32,000 nt of DNA from Polyangiaceae bacterium (GTDB taxonomy: Bacteria; Myxococcota_A; Polyangia; Polyangiales; Polyangiaceae), in contig JASGIX010000024.1 of the NCBI GenBank assembly GCA_049840955.1, positions 43,127 to 75,126 on the forward strand, given 5' to 3'. The notes below the pieces were generated by a model, which searched no databases, was not told the DNA's origin, and saw only the letters and a program-made list of their open reading frames with translations. The first letter of the stretch is position 1, and the number at the start of each line of letters is the position of its first letter. The position numbers and the translations under genes are program-made. Of this stretch, positions 1 through 9,394 are shown one piece after another.

Positions 1-253
1 CCATCTGAAGCGCGAGCACCATGCCGCTGAATATCCCCGTGAGGGACACGATGAACACCGACTCGGCGCCGATGAACTCCATTGCCCGGAGCAGTTGCAT
101 GGTGCGAAATGGCGGTCGAAACGCCCAGGCGAACGTGCGCCCCGTCAGCAACAAGATGGAACCCAAGCCATCCAACAAGGACAGCACGGGATCGAATCCG
201 CGTGAAACCCAACCCAGGGCGACGTTCGCCTTTTTTGCATCGGGTTCGGCCAC
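1..253 (-). CDS. mlaE: ABC transporter permease, MlaE/YrbE family (N-terminal part; gene runs off the window start)
   Basis: Absent from the ORF track because it has no stop in the window. My reverse-strand translation from GTG at 253 gives VAEPDAKKANVALGWVSRGFDPVLSLLDGLGSILLLTGRTFAWAFRPPFRTMQLLRAMEFIGAESVFIVSLTGIFSGMVLALQM. This matches the conserved MlaE N-terminus pattern (RPPFR..Q...IG..S..IV.LTG.F.GMVLALQ). The start codon is tentative: it is the only in-frame GTG below the upstream gene's stop at 321. Confidence 0.55.
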   Translation of the reverse strand, partial: MAEPDAKKANVALGWVSRGFDPVLSLLDGLGSILLLTGRTFAWAFRPPFRTMQLLRAMEFIGAESVFIVSLTGIFSGMVLALQM

Positions 254-320
254 CTCCGCTATGTACCAAACGAACGCGGGCGCAAGCCAGACAGAAACGC
301 GCGATTCGGCCTGGGAGGTC

Positions 321-1920
321 TCACGGCGATGGCGTGACGGGCTGAGCTTTGCTTGGCTTTTCCTCGGCGCCCTCCAGCGGAGCGGGCTTCGGAGCCCCAT
401 CGGCCGCGGGATTGGCAGGCCCCGCGGGCGGCGGTGTGGCGGCACCGTCCGGCGAAGCGACGAGTGCCCTCTCTGCCGCAACGCGCGCCAGTTCGGCGGC
501 CGTGTGCGCCGCGACCAACGCGGCTTCGTGCTCGAGCACCTGCGTGGGCAACTCGGCGGTAAGCGGGCCAATCCGTGTCGGAAGTGAGGGAGCTGGGTTG
601 CTCGTGGAAGCCGTCGCCGTTTTCGAAACGGGTGAGCTCGCTACTTGCGGGTTGAGCACGAGCTTGCCGAGATCCCGAGCGAACTGTAACAATCCATCGC
701 CCAAGTAGGGCGAAAATCCGAGCGCCGTGCCCTGTGAATACACGGCGAAGTTGAACCAGATGGAGGCACCGGGGAGCGGGACGAACGGAGCCGGATGGTT
801 CAGCGAGGCCCAAGGAATGAACAACTCCTGACCATAACCTTCGTCTTCGTCTTCGGGTTGCTCGAGGGTACCCGAGACGCTCGTGGCCACTTTCACCCCC
901 GATTGCCAGGAGGTGTCGCCAAAGCCACGCCGACTTCCATCAGGGATCTCGAGCTCTCTGTAGAAGGAGTCGAAGACGAGATTTTGAGGATTGACCGCGA
1001 TGCGGTAATAGTTTTCGTTGTTCGGCTTGTCCCCACTCTTCAGAACCATTTCGAGTGCGTCGCGTTTCCAAAGCGGTAGCTCATCGCCTCGAGCGACGAA
1101 TCCCCCTTGCACGTCTGCATCGCGCACCCTAACCCCGAGGTAAAGCCCACGCACGTCCCAAAGGAGTCGCGCCTCCGCCGAAAACTTTGCATCCGTCGAC
1201 GGTATCTCGTCGTGAACCATGTCGAGCAAGGATGGCAACCGCGCCGCCGTCTTCCACGCCGGTTCCTTCATCTCACCGTCGATGTCGATGGTCTCGGTCT
1301 GCTCAATCATCGGTATCGTGAGCTGAACGACTTGGTACGACGGGGGCCGTGTGTCGATGGGTAACTCCGCTACGGTCAGGTACCCACGCCTGTCGAAAAC
1401 ACCGCTGCCCGGCTTCAGTGGTACGTCGCCCTTCCTGATACCGACGACCAGACGCACGAACTTGCCGTGCATCTCCGGAGGCATCTTCAGCACCTGCTCG
1501 TCGACGTAAATCTTACCAACGGTCCAATCCGAGGGCGACCACGCCGGTTTCCGGTTTCGGCGTTCCCGAAGCGGACCGGACGAATCTCCATTGAGGAGCG
1601 TCTCGCCCGATTCGTTGTGGACGCGCGTCAGGAGCCGAAACCCGGGACCGAGGGGCTTGTCGAGACGCCAATAAAAGGTGACTTTGAATGTCTCCCCGGG
1701 GACGATTCGCGCCCCCTTCGGCAAGGTCATCCCGAGCAACGTCAGCGATTGCCCGAACGAGACGTCGATACGAGAGTCGAATCTTCGGCTCTTGAGTGAG
1801 TTGGTAAACCGCGAGACGTTCCTTGTCGTGCTCGAGGGCACTCTTCGAACACCCCGTCGAGGTGGACAACGCGAACACCTGGAAGAGGAGGGCGTACTTC
1901 GAGTAACCAACGAACGTCAT
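321..1920 (-). CDS. Lipoprotein with CBM9/DOMON-like carbohydrate-binding domain and Ala/Pro-rich C-terminal tail; apparent frameshift near 1782
   Basis: ORF 321..1910 carries a CBM9-like block (IDIDGEMKEPAWKTA...ARLLWDVRGLYLGVRVRDADV...NYYRIAVNPQN...ELFIPWASL). Before it lies a FGQSLTLLGMTLPKG..FKVTFYWRL module. The N-terminus in that frame is Arg-rich with no signal peptide. ORF 1513..1920, in another frame, starts with ATG and a lipobox signal (MTFVGYSKYALLFQVFALSTSTGC) with good codon usage. The two frames meet around 1782. Confidence 0.6.
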
Positions 1921-2114
1921 GGTCGACCTAACCTGGGGGCTCCTAAGTTAGGTCCATACCACCGAGTCGAATCGCACGGCACGCCAAATCTTTCTCGGAG
2001 CGCCGCCCACCCATGGCGCGAGGCCCAAGAAAAACCTCGGTAAATCGTGAATGCACCTCGAGCCTCGACGCTGCCTGAGGGGAGCGCTAGAGCAGCCGCA
2101 CCGGTCCACCACGC

Positions 2115-4457
2115 ATGACCCCGCCACTTCTCAACGAGCCGCAACGACAAGCGGTATCTCACCTCGACGGTCCTTTGCTCGTGTTCGCCGGTGCAGGCAG
2201 CGGCAAGACCCGAACCATCACCTATCGCGTCGCACATCTGCTCTCCCAGGGCGTGCCGCCCTACCGGATCCTCGCAGTCACCTTTACGAACAAAGCCGCG
2301 CAAGAGATGCGCGAGCGTCTAGAACAGGTGGCAGGCCATGACTTGGTACGCGATCTCTGGGTAGGAACCTTCCACTCGATCTGCGCACGACTCCTCAGAC
2401 GCTATCACGCCGAACTCGGCCTCGAAAAGAACTTCGCGATCTACGACGAGTCCGATCAAAAGGCGGTCATCTCGCGGATCCTGAAGGAGCTCGGTGAAAA
2501 CGATCGGGAGTACCCTCCGAAGCTCGTTCTATCCCGCATCCATGGAAAGAAGCAGGAAGGGTTGCTGCCAAAGGACGTCGAACAGGACCGAAGCTTCGAC
2601 GGCAAAATGGTGGATCTGTACGAGCGTTACCAGAAGGCGCTCGCCGCAGCCAATGCCGTCGATTTCGAGGACCTCCTGCTCAACGTGATGCGGCTTGCAG
2701 AGAGTCGTACCAATTCCGCAGGTGAGGAGCTGAGACGAAGCTTCGATCACGTGCTCGTCGACGAGTTCCAAGACACCAACGCCGTGCAGTATCGTTTGGT
2801 ACGTGCCCTTTCGGCTCGCACTCGATGTCTGTGCGTCGTGGGCGACGACGATCAGTCGATCTACCGTTGGCGTGGAGCGGACGTCCGAATCATCCGCGGC
2901 TTTCGTCGCGATTTCCCGGACGCCCTCGTGGTGAAGCTCGAGCAAAACTATCGCTCCACCGGCAACATCGTCCGCGCGGCCCTCGCCGTCATCGAGCCTG
3001 CCATGTCCAGAGAGCCAAAACGGCTGTGGACGGAACAGGACGCGGGCTCCAGAATCACCGTACGCGCGGTCGCCGACGAACGAGACGAAGCCGCCTTCAC
3101 CGTTCGCGTCATCAAGAGCCGCATCAAGGCTGGAATCGACGCACGCAACATCGCGATCTTTTACCGTGTACACGCCCAATCACGCGTACTCGAAGAGGCG
3201 ATGCGCGCGGAGAACGTACCTTACCAGGTCATCGGTGGGATGCGCTTCTTCGATCGCGCCGAGGTCAAGGACGTCATCGCGTACCTACGGCTCCTCGACA
3301 ATCCGAGAAGCGACGCGGATCTGCTACGCATCGTCAACACGCCGGCTCGCGGGATCGGCAAGCGAACCCTCGACGTCTGGACCGAACTCGCGACGCGCCA
3401 ACAAACCAGCCTGTACGAGACCATCCCGCAGGTACTCGCGACGAGCGATCTCGGCGCGGCAGCGCGCAACAAGCTGCGCGCGTTTCAGGACATGATCGAG
3501 TCCTTGAAGGCCCACGCGCAAACCTTGGTGCCGCACGAACTCGCGCAACGGGTGATCGAAGAGAGCGGCTACCGAACGTTCCTCGTCAGCCAGGATTCGG
3601 CAGAAGGAGACGCTCGCCTCGGAAACGTCGAGGAGTTCATCGGCTCCATGGCGGAATTCGAGCATGACGCAACGCAAGCCGGAGAAGCTGCGACGCTTAC
3701 CGCGTATCTCGAACGCGTCACGCTCGTAACTGCCACGGACGCGATGAAAGACGTGCCCAAGGTGTCGCTCATGACGGTCCATGCCGCGAAAGGACTCGAG
3801 TTCGATACCGTCGTGCTCACGGGCATGGAAGAAGGCGTGTTCCCCTACACGCGCATCGATAGCGGCGGACCCGAAGACGAAGACGACGAGCGCCGACTCG
3901 CCTACGTCGCACTCACGCGCGCGAGGCAACACCTGTACGTCGTACATGCCTCACAACGTTCGATTTTCGGCCAAACGCGATACCAGCTGAAGAGCAATTT
4001 CCTCGAGGATCTCCCGCGGGATTGCACGACAGAGGAGAAAAGCCCGGGACGGTTTGCGTCCAGCTCGACTCCGAGTTACGGCGCGGGCTTCGGTTCGAAC
4101 GGCGGTGGTCGCTCACGCTCCTACGACGAGTTCGATCAACGTGTCCCCGAGGACGACGAACCCACGAGTTCGAGCCCGTCCTACGCACCAACACCGAGTC
4201 GAAATATCGGAGCGCGTGACGCGGCGTTTGCCCCCCGTAATACCGTCGTCGATCGCAATGCCTTCGACGATCTCGCCAACGAAAAAGCTCCCACGTTCCG
4301 TCCGGGTCAGCTCGTCATCCACGGCCGATTCGGCAAGGGTCGAGTGGAACGCGTGGAATCTGGGGGCGAGAGCCTTGCCGTAGTCGCGAAATTCCCTGGA
4401 TTTGGTTCCCGTAAGATCTTGGCAAAGTTCCTCGTCCAAACTACGCCTTCGGGGTGA
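2115..4457 (+). CDS. uvrD: ATP-dependent DNA helicase, UvrD/PcrA/Rep family (SF1)
   Basis: 780-aa ORF. Walker A motif in LLVFAGAGSGKTRTITYRVAHLL. Other helicase motifs present: TFTNKAAQEM, DEFQDTN, VVGDDDQSIYRWRGA, QNYRS, VHAAKGLEF and LAYVALTRAR. A low-complexity linker precedes a C-terminal PcrA/UvrD Tudor-like segment (GQLVIHGRFGKGRVERVE). Confidence 0.92.
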   Translation: MTPPLLNEPQRQAVSHLDGPLLVFAGAGSGKTRTITYRVAHLLSQGVPPYRILAVTFTNKAAQEMRERLEQVAGHDLVRDLWVGTFHSICARLLRRYHAELGLEKNFAIYDESDQKAVISRILKELGENDREYPPKLVLSRIHGKKQEGLLPKDVEQDRSFDGKMVDLYERYQKALAAANAVDFEDLLLNVMRLAESRTNSAGEELRRSFDHVLVDEFQDTNAVQYRLVRALSARTRCLCVVGDDDQSIYRWRGADVRIIRGFRRDFPDALVVKLEQNYRSTGNIVRAALAVIEPAMSREPKRLWTEQDAGSRITVRAVADERDEAAFTVRVIKSRIKAGIDARNIAIFYRVHAQSRVLEEAMRAENVPYQVIGGMRFFDRAEVKDVIAYLRLLDNPRSDADLLRIVNTPARGIGKRTLDVWTELATRQQTSLYETIPQVLATSDLGAAARNKLRAFQDMIESLKAHAQTLVPHELAQRVIEESGYRTFLVSQDSAEGDARLGNVEEFIGSMAEFEHDATQAGEAATLTAYLERVTLVTATDAMKDVPKVSLMTVHAAKGLEFDTVVLTGMEEGVFPYTRIDSGGPEDEDDERRLAYVALTRARQHLYVVHASQRSIFGQTRYQLKSNFLEDLPRDCTTEEKSPGRFASSSTPSYGAGFGSNGGGRSRSYDEFDQRVPEDDEPTSSSPSYAPTPSRNIGARDAAFAPRNTVVDRNAFDDLANEKAPTFRPGQLVIHGRFGKGRVERVESGGESLAVVAKFPGFGSRKILAKFLVQTTPSG

Positions 4458-4774
4458 CGCGACCAAACCGCCTCGAGTTTCTGGAAGATCTAGTTGCCAA
4501 GGGCAAAGCCGACAGCTTTGCCCGATATGCGCTCGCCCTCGAGTACGCGAAGCTGCAGCGCTACGACAACGCGGTCTCGACGTTCCACGCGTTGAGAGAA
4601 GGCGATCCATCTTACCTTCCCATGTACCTCATGGCAGGAAAGGTCCTTTCCGAACAAGGACAGGTCAAAGCCGCACGGGAGTGGGTCGAGGCCGGTTTAT
4701 CGGTGTCCAAGGCGAAGAACGATCCGAAGACCCACGGCGAACTTTCCGAGCTCCTTTCGACGCTCGGCGCGTGA
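4454..4774 (+). CDS. Small TPR-like helical repeat protein (106 aa)
   Basis: The ORF has good codon usage. Its GTG start overlaps the uvrD stop (GTGA, 4454-4457). Sequence contains TPR-like pairs (ARYALALEYAKLQRYDNAVSTFHALREGDPSYLPMYLMAGKVLSEQGQVKAAREW). Confidence 0.7.
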   Translation: MTRPNRLEFLEDLVAKGKADSFARYALALEYAKLQRYDNAVSTFHALREGDPSYLPMYLMAGKVLSEQGQVKAAREWVEAGLSVSKAKNDPKTHGELSELLSTLGA

Positions 4775-4776
4775 GG

Positions 4777-7700
4777 TTAGCGCGTCGCCGACACCGGCGT
4801 CGTCGGCCCCGCACTGCCCGCATTCGCCAGTGCCATCAGTGCACGCGCGGGTCGGCGCGCGAGGAAACGCATCCGCAAATCCGTGTCACGGATCGTAGCC
4901 GCGAGTGACTCGACCCACGCAACGGCTCGACCGATCATGTCTTTTGCCTGAGGGGAACCGGCTCGACTCAGGGCTTCGCAACAGAGTGCGCGCGTGGACA
5001 GGCCGTACTCCGAGCCTTGGATGGTTTCCATTGCGCCCATCGCAGTGGTCGCGAGAAGAATCCCCGTGTGTTGCTCACCGATGTCCACGCGTGCCGCTGC
5101 TTCGACGGCCATCGCGTAAAAATGGAAAGCCACGTAAGCCTGCGCTTCGGCGACCTGACGTGCATCGAAGGCATACATGACGCTCGCAGCAGCGTCACCC
5201 GTTGCTCTCGCGAGGAGGGATCTGACGATCTTCTCATGCGCCGTATCGTAGGCGCTGCCCGTCGCAGCGTTGATCCCACTCGCTTCGTGCACGAGCCCCT
5301 CGGCTTGCTCGAGTTCCCCCATTTCGATGAGCACTTCGGCCATTCCAAGCAAGGTGCCCGCTTTGGCTTCGTGGTCACCGTAGCTCTCGTGAGCACGCCG
5401 TGCGCGCTTGAGATACGCAAGTCCGCGCTCCACGTCGCCGAGTGCCGCATAGGCCTGCCCGATGTTTCCAAGGGACTTCGCAATCTGAAGCCGTCCCCCG
5501 ATGGCGAGATCGATGCGCACCGCGTCGAGTCCGAGGGACACCGCATCCTCGAATCGCCCGAGTACGTAGAGGGAGAAGGCGAGAGAGTTTTTTGCCTGGG
5601 CCTCCATGCGACGGGCTCCGGCACGACGGAATATCGCGATGGATTCGGCATGAGCCGAGATTGCCTCGTGTACGCGGCCGACGCGACGCAGGAGCGTCCC
5701 TTTGGCGCGCAACACGTCAGCGCGCTGTCGAACGGGGACCAGCTCGTGTTTGGCGGACTCGAGAGCGCGATCGATCGCCGAGAGTGCGCCCTGCATGTCG
5801 CCGAGATCACGCAGGACCTCCGCGACCAACGCCTGCGCCTGCACCTCGTCGACGAAGAGCTGCGCCGAATGCGCCACGGTTTCGGCGCGCTGGGCCGAGG
5901 TGAGCCCACGTGCGAGCCGTCCGCAGTCCACGTCGAAGCGCGCGGTGCGCATCAGTGCAACCGCCGCCCATCGTGCGGTGCGAGCCTGTTTGGCCAAGGT
6001 TCGCATCGCGACGAGATGAGCCTTGCGCTCTTTCCATTGACCTTGCACGCGACAGATCGCTTCCAACGCTTCGTGCGCCTCGAAGCACCGCGGATCATCG
6101 ACGGGAAGCATCTTGACGACGCGCCGGAAATAGCGCTTCGCCAGCCGCAACTGGAAGCTGTTGTGCGCCGTTCGGCCCGCTTCGAGATAGTGGTCCGCAG
6201 CGAGTAGTCGCTCGCGCCCCGCCTCCAGATGATGGGCAACGATTGCCGCGGTGAGCCCACGGGCGAGAGACGTCTTGGCGAGATACTGCCCGAGCGTACG
6301 GTGCATCACCACACGCGCCGCTGGATCGATGGACGCATAAGCGACGTCTCGCGCAACCGGATGTCGCACGTCCACGACGTCACCACGCACGTCACAAAGC
6401 CCACGGGCACACAACCGGGTAACGGACTCCTCGACGTCCACACCCAAAATCTCGCGCAGATCGCTCACTTTGAACGGCCCCGACGCGATGGCGAGCCACT
6501 CGATGACGAGCTGCTCCTCGGACGGTAGTTCGTCGAGGCGATCGCCGATCAATTGCTCGAGCGTCGACGGTAGTTTGGGCTGTTCGCCGTCCTTGCCGTC
6601 GGAGCGAACAAGGCGAACCTGCCCGTTCGGCAACTCCGTCAGCTCGAGGGAGCCGCGCTCGAGGAGGGCATCGACCATCTCGATGAGAAAGAACGGATTG
6701 CCGCCGATGCGCGGCGACAGTTCCGCACAAACCTCTTCGACGCCGACGTTGGCGCCGAGCCGCATCGAGAGCAAACGGACCTGCTGATCGATCGTGAGCT
6801 CCTTCAACTCGATGCGAACGAGTCCCTCGAAGAGAGGAACGAGCCTTTCGCCCGATCGCGTCACGAGTACGTAGAGGACAGGCCATGGATCCACTGCCCG
6901 CAAGAGCTCTTGAATGGCCTCGAGGCTCGGACGATCCGCCCATTGCAAATTGTCGGCAATGAGGACGACGGGGCCCTCCGCCGCCAGCCGAGAGACGAAG
7001 GCGCGTAGTCCCGTCGTCAATCGCCGACGATTCTGGGCAGCATCACCTTCGTCGGCAGCCATCGCGAGCTCGCCGGTGACGATCGCCGCGAGCCGTTCGA
7101 GGATCTCCTCCCGATCTTCGCCGAGCTCCACACCGGAGATCCACTCGTGAAGTCGCTCCTGCACGACGCTGAGCCGGGACTCGCCGTGCAAACCGGTCAT
7201 GCTTCGCACCCACTCCGCGATGATGGCGTAGGGTAGCTCGAGACGTGCGGTTGCAGCTTCGGCTCTGAAGGACTTCGTCCCTTCGGGGAGCTCCTGCACG
7301 AAAGCCGAAACGAGCGCCGACTTTCCGATCCCCATCTCACCGGCAACGACTCGCGCCGTTACGCGTCCGGTCTCGTTGGTTCCACGATTCACGGCATGGT
7401 GGTAGGCGGCTTGGAGCTCTGCGAGTTCCGCGTCGCGCCCGACGAGATCGCCCGAGCCACGCTCGGCCTCCGCGAGCTTCTCCTCGCGCGTCAGGGGGCG
7501 CACCAGCGAGAAGATCCGCATGTTGTCCGGGAGCTGCTTGTCCCGCGAGCTCTCGAGAGCGATGGTCGGTGCGTCCGCCCACACGAAATCGCGACGAACC
7601 AACCGGTAGAGACCGCCTGCAACCCAAGTACCGCCCGCAGGAGACTGTTGGCTCAACATGCGAGCGAGTTCCGGTGCCGGTTCCTCGACGCTGTGACTGA

Positions 7701-9201
7701 TGAGATGACCACCGTGATCGCGTCGACCCGTCGCGATTCCTCTCACGATGCCAATACTGGCTTGGAGTTCGACGGGAGTATCGTCACAAGCACCCTGGAT
7801 GGCCTCGTGGATGTCCACGGCGAGCCAAGCCGCATCCGCGGCAGCACGTGCTGGGTTCGCCATCAAGCCAACGACGGCCATCGCGCCGCCCGTCGGAATG
7901 AGATGATCGCCTATCGCGACGCGCTCCTTGTTCCAAACCAACCGAGCACCGCGCTTGAATGCGATCTCACCGAGCGTGGCGCGCAGTTGCTCGATGAACC
8001 GCGCCCCCTCATTGGCTCCCGCGGCCTCGACGAGCTGCTCCGTTCCGTGGAGTTGCAGCGCGACGATGGCCACGTGACGCACCTCTTGGCCGTGACGTGT
8101 TCGCCGCGAACGTTGTAGCAGCGGACGAGCCAGAGCGACGTCGAGTAGACTGCCTTCCTTGGAGAAGTCCGAAGCGGAATCTCCCGTGACCATGGCGACG
8201 GAACGAGAACCGTCCTCTTGAGGCGAGGCCGCATCGGGCAACCCTGCCACTCCGGGCGAGGTGTGTTCGCGACTGATGATCTGCTCGAGCACGGCTTCGA
8301 GCGCGTGTGAGTCTACGGGCTGCTGCGATTGAAACAGCGCTCGCGTGATCACTGCGGCAAAGTCGCGCGCGGTCGCAAAGCGTTCCTCTCGGTCACGCGA
8401 GAGCGCCTTCATCACGATGCTCTCGAGCTCACGGGGCACGTCACGAGTGAACGTACTCGGAGGTTCCACCTGCCCCGAGCGCACGGCTTCGAGGAGTTCG
8501 TTGCCTTCTGCTGCTCCGTGCAACGCTCGCCCGGTCAGAAGCTCGTGGAAGACGACACCGAGGGAGTAAATGTCCGTCCGACGATCGACCTTCTCACCCC
8601 GAGCTTGTTCGGGCGACATGTAGCTCGTCTTGCCCTTCAAGATCCCGGGTTCCTCGCGGAAGAGGTTCGCCGAAGCGATTCCGAAGTCCGCGATTTTGAC
8701 CGACCCCTCGAAGCTGACGAGCACGTTCTGGGGCGAGACGTCGCGGTGGACGATTTCCATCGGATTGCCGCGTTCGTCCTTGCGCTCGTGTGCATAGTGA
8801 AGCCCCTTGGCGACTTCTCCGATGATGTAAGCGGCAATGTACGGCGGGATCTTCGTTCGCTTGCTGCGCGCGGCTCGCATCACCTTGCGGAGATCTGGAC
8901 CCTCGACGTACTCCATGCTGAGGAGCTGTCCGTCGTCGCCATAGTCTTGAAACTCGTACACCTGCACGATGTTCGGGTGATTCAGGCGCGTCGCCAGCAT
9001 CGCCTCTTCCGCAAACATGGAGCGGAAACGTCGTGACTCGCCGTATTGCGGCAAGATGCGCTTGACGACGAGGAGCTTGTACGTACCTTCTGCGCCTCGC
9101 TTCTTTGCGAGGAACACCTCCGCCATTCCACCAACGCCCAATCTACGGATCACCTCGAAGTCGGCGAGGCGCTTCGGTACGGGTGTCGATTCGTCGGTCA
9201 T
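4777..9201 (-). CDS. Multidomain Ser/Thr protein kinase: Pkinase + degenerate cyclase-homology region + AAA/STAND-type ATPase (AAA_16-like) + TPR array (1474 aa)
   Basis: ORF 4777..9534 trimmed to ATG at 9201 (MTDESTPVPKRLADFEVIRRLGVGGMAEVF). The 111 residues upstream are Ser/Thr/Pro junk. Kinase motifs: GVGGMAEV, LVVKRI, HRDVSPQNVL, ADFGIA and YMSPEQ. Walker A GEMGIGKS is encoded at about 7318-7345. The C-terminal third is TPR-like (repeated A..Y..AG / LG.I). Confidence 0.9.
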   Translation of the reverse strand: MTDESTPVPKRLADFEVIRRLGVGGMAEVFLAKKRGAEGTYKLLVVKRILPQYGESRRFRSMFAEEAMLATRLNHPNIVQVYEFQDYGDDGQLLSMEYVEGPDLRKVMRAARSKRTKIPPYIAAYIIGEVAKGLHYAHERKDERGNPMEIVHRDVSPQNVLVSFEGSVKIADFGIASANLFREEPGILKGKTSYMSPEQARGEKVDRRTDIYSLGVVFHELLTGRALHGAAEGNELLEAVRSGQVEPPSTFTRDVPRELESIVMKALSRDREERFATARDFAAVITRALFQSQQPVDSHALEAVLEQIISREHTSPGVAGLPDAASPQEDGSRSVAMVTGDSASDFSKEGSLLDVALARPLLQRSRRTRHGQEVRHVAIVALQLHGTEQLVEAAGANEGARFIEQLRATLGEIAFKRGARLVWNKERVAIGDHLIPTGGAMAVVGLMANPARAAADAAWLAVDIHEAIQGACDDTPVELQASIGIVRGIATGRRDHGGHLISHSVEEPAPELARMLSQQSPAGGTWVAGGLYRLVRRDFVWADAPTIALESSRDKQLPDNMRIFSLVRPLTREEKLAEAERGSGDLVGRDAELAELQAAYHHAVNRGTNETGRVTARVVAGEMGIGKSALVSAFVQELPEGTKSFRAEAATARLELPYAIIAEWVRSMTGLHGESRLSVVQERLHEWISGVELGEDREEILERLAAIVTGELAMAADEGDAAQNRRRLTTGLRAFVSRLAAEGPVVLIADNLQWADRPSLEAIQELLRAVDPWPVLYVLVTRSGERLVPLFEGLVRIELKELTIDQQVRLLSMRLGANVGVEEVCAELSPRIGGNPFFLIEMVDALLERGSLELTELPNGQVRLVRSDGKDGEQPKLPSTLEQLIGDRLDELPSEEQLVIEWLAIASGPFKVSDLREILGVDVEESVTRLCARGLCDVRGDVVDVRHPVARDVAYASIDPAARVVMHRTLGQYLAKTSLARGLTAAIVAHHLEAGRERLLAADHYLEAGRTAHNSFQLRLAKRYFRRVVKMLPVDDPRCFEAHEALEAICRVQGQWKERKAHLVAMRTLAKQARTARWAAVALMRTARFDVDCGRLARGLTSAQRAETVAHSAQLFVDEVQAQALVAEVLRDLGDMQGALSAIDRALESAKHELVPVRQRADVLRAKGTLLRRVGRVHEAISAHAESIAIFRRAGARRMEAQAKNSLAFSLYVLGRFEDAVSLGLDAVRIDLAIGGRLQIAKSLGNIGQAYAALGDVERGLAYLKRARRAHESYGDHEAKAGTLLGMAEVLIEMGELEQAEGLVHEASGINAATGSAYDTAHEKIVRSLLARATGDAAASVMYAFDARQVAEAQAYVAFHFYAMAVEAAARVDIGEQHTGILLATTAMGAMETIQGSEYGLSTRALCCEALSRAGSPQAKDMIGRAVAWVESLAATIRDTDLRMRFLARRPARALMALANAGSAGPTTPVSATR

Positions 9202-9394
9202 CGGTCGGAGCAGGGTCGGGGACGGTAATCCTACCCAAGTTTTTCCGGTTGCGGAAAGCCCGAGGTCTCGTGCTGGCCTCGATTTGCGCTCAATTGGTCC
9301 CGTCGATCCCAATCCGACCGGATTTTTACCCGAATTCGAACTTCGACGCGCGGGCCGATACCCCGAAGTCACCATCGAGCGGTAGACGTAGCTC

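Noticed and set aside
2825-3667. 280-aa Arg-rich ORF in an alternative frame inside uvrD, and similar internal ORFs throughout the window
   Set aside because: The extreme Arg/Pro/Gly composition is typical of off-frame translation of GC-rich coding DNA. These ORFs lie entirely within well-supported genes.
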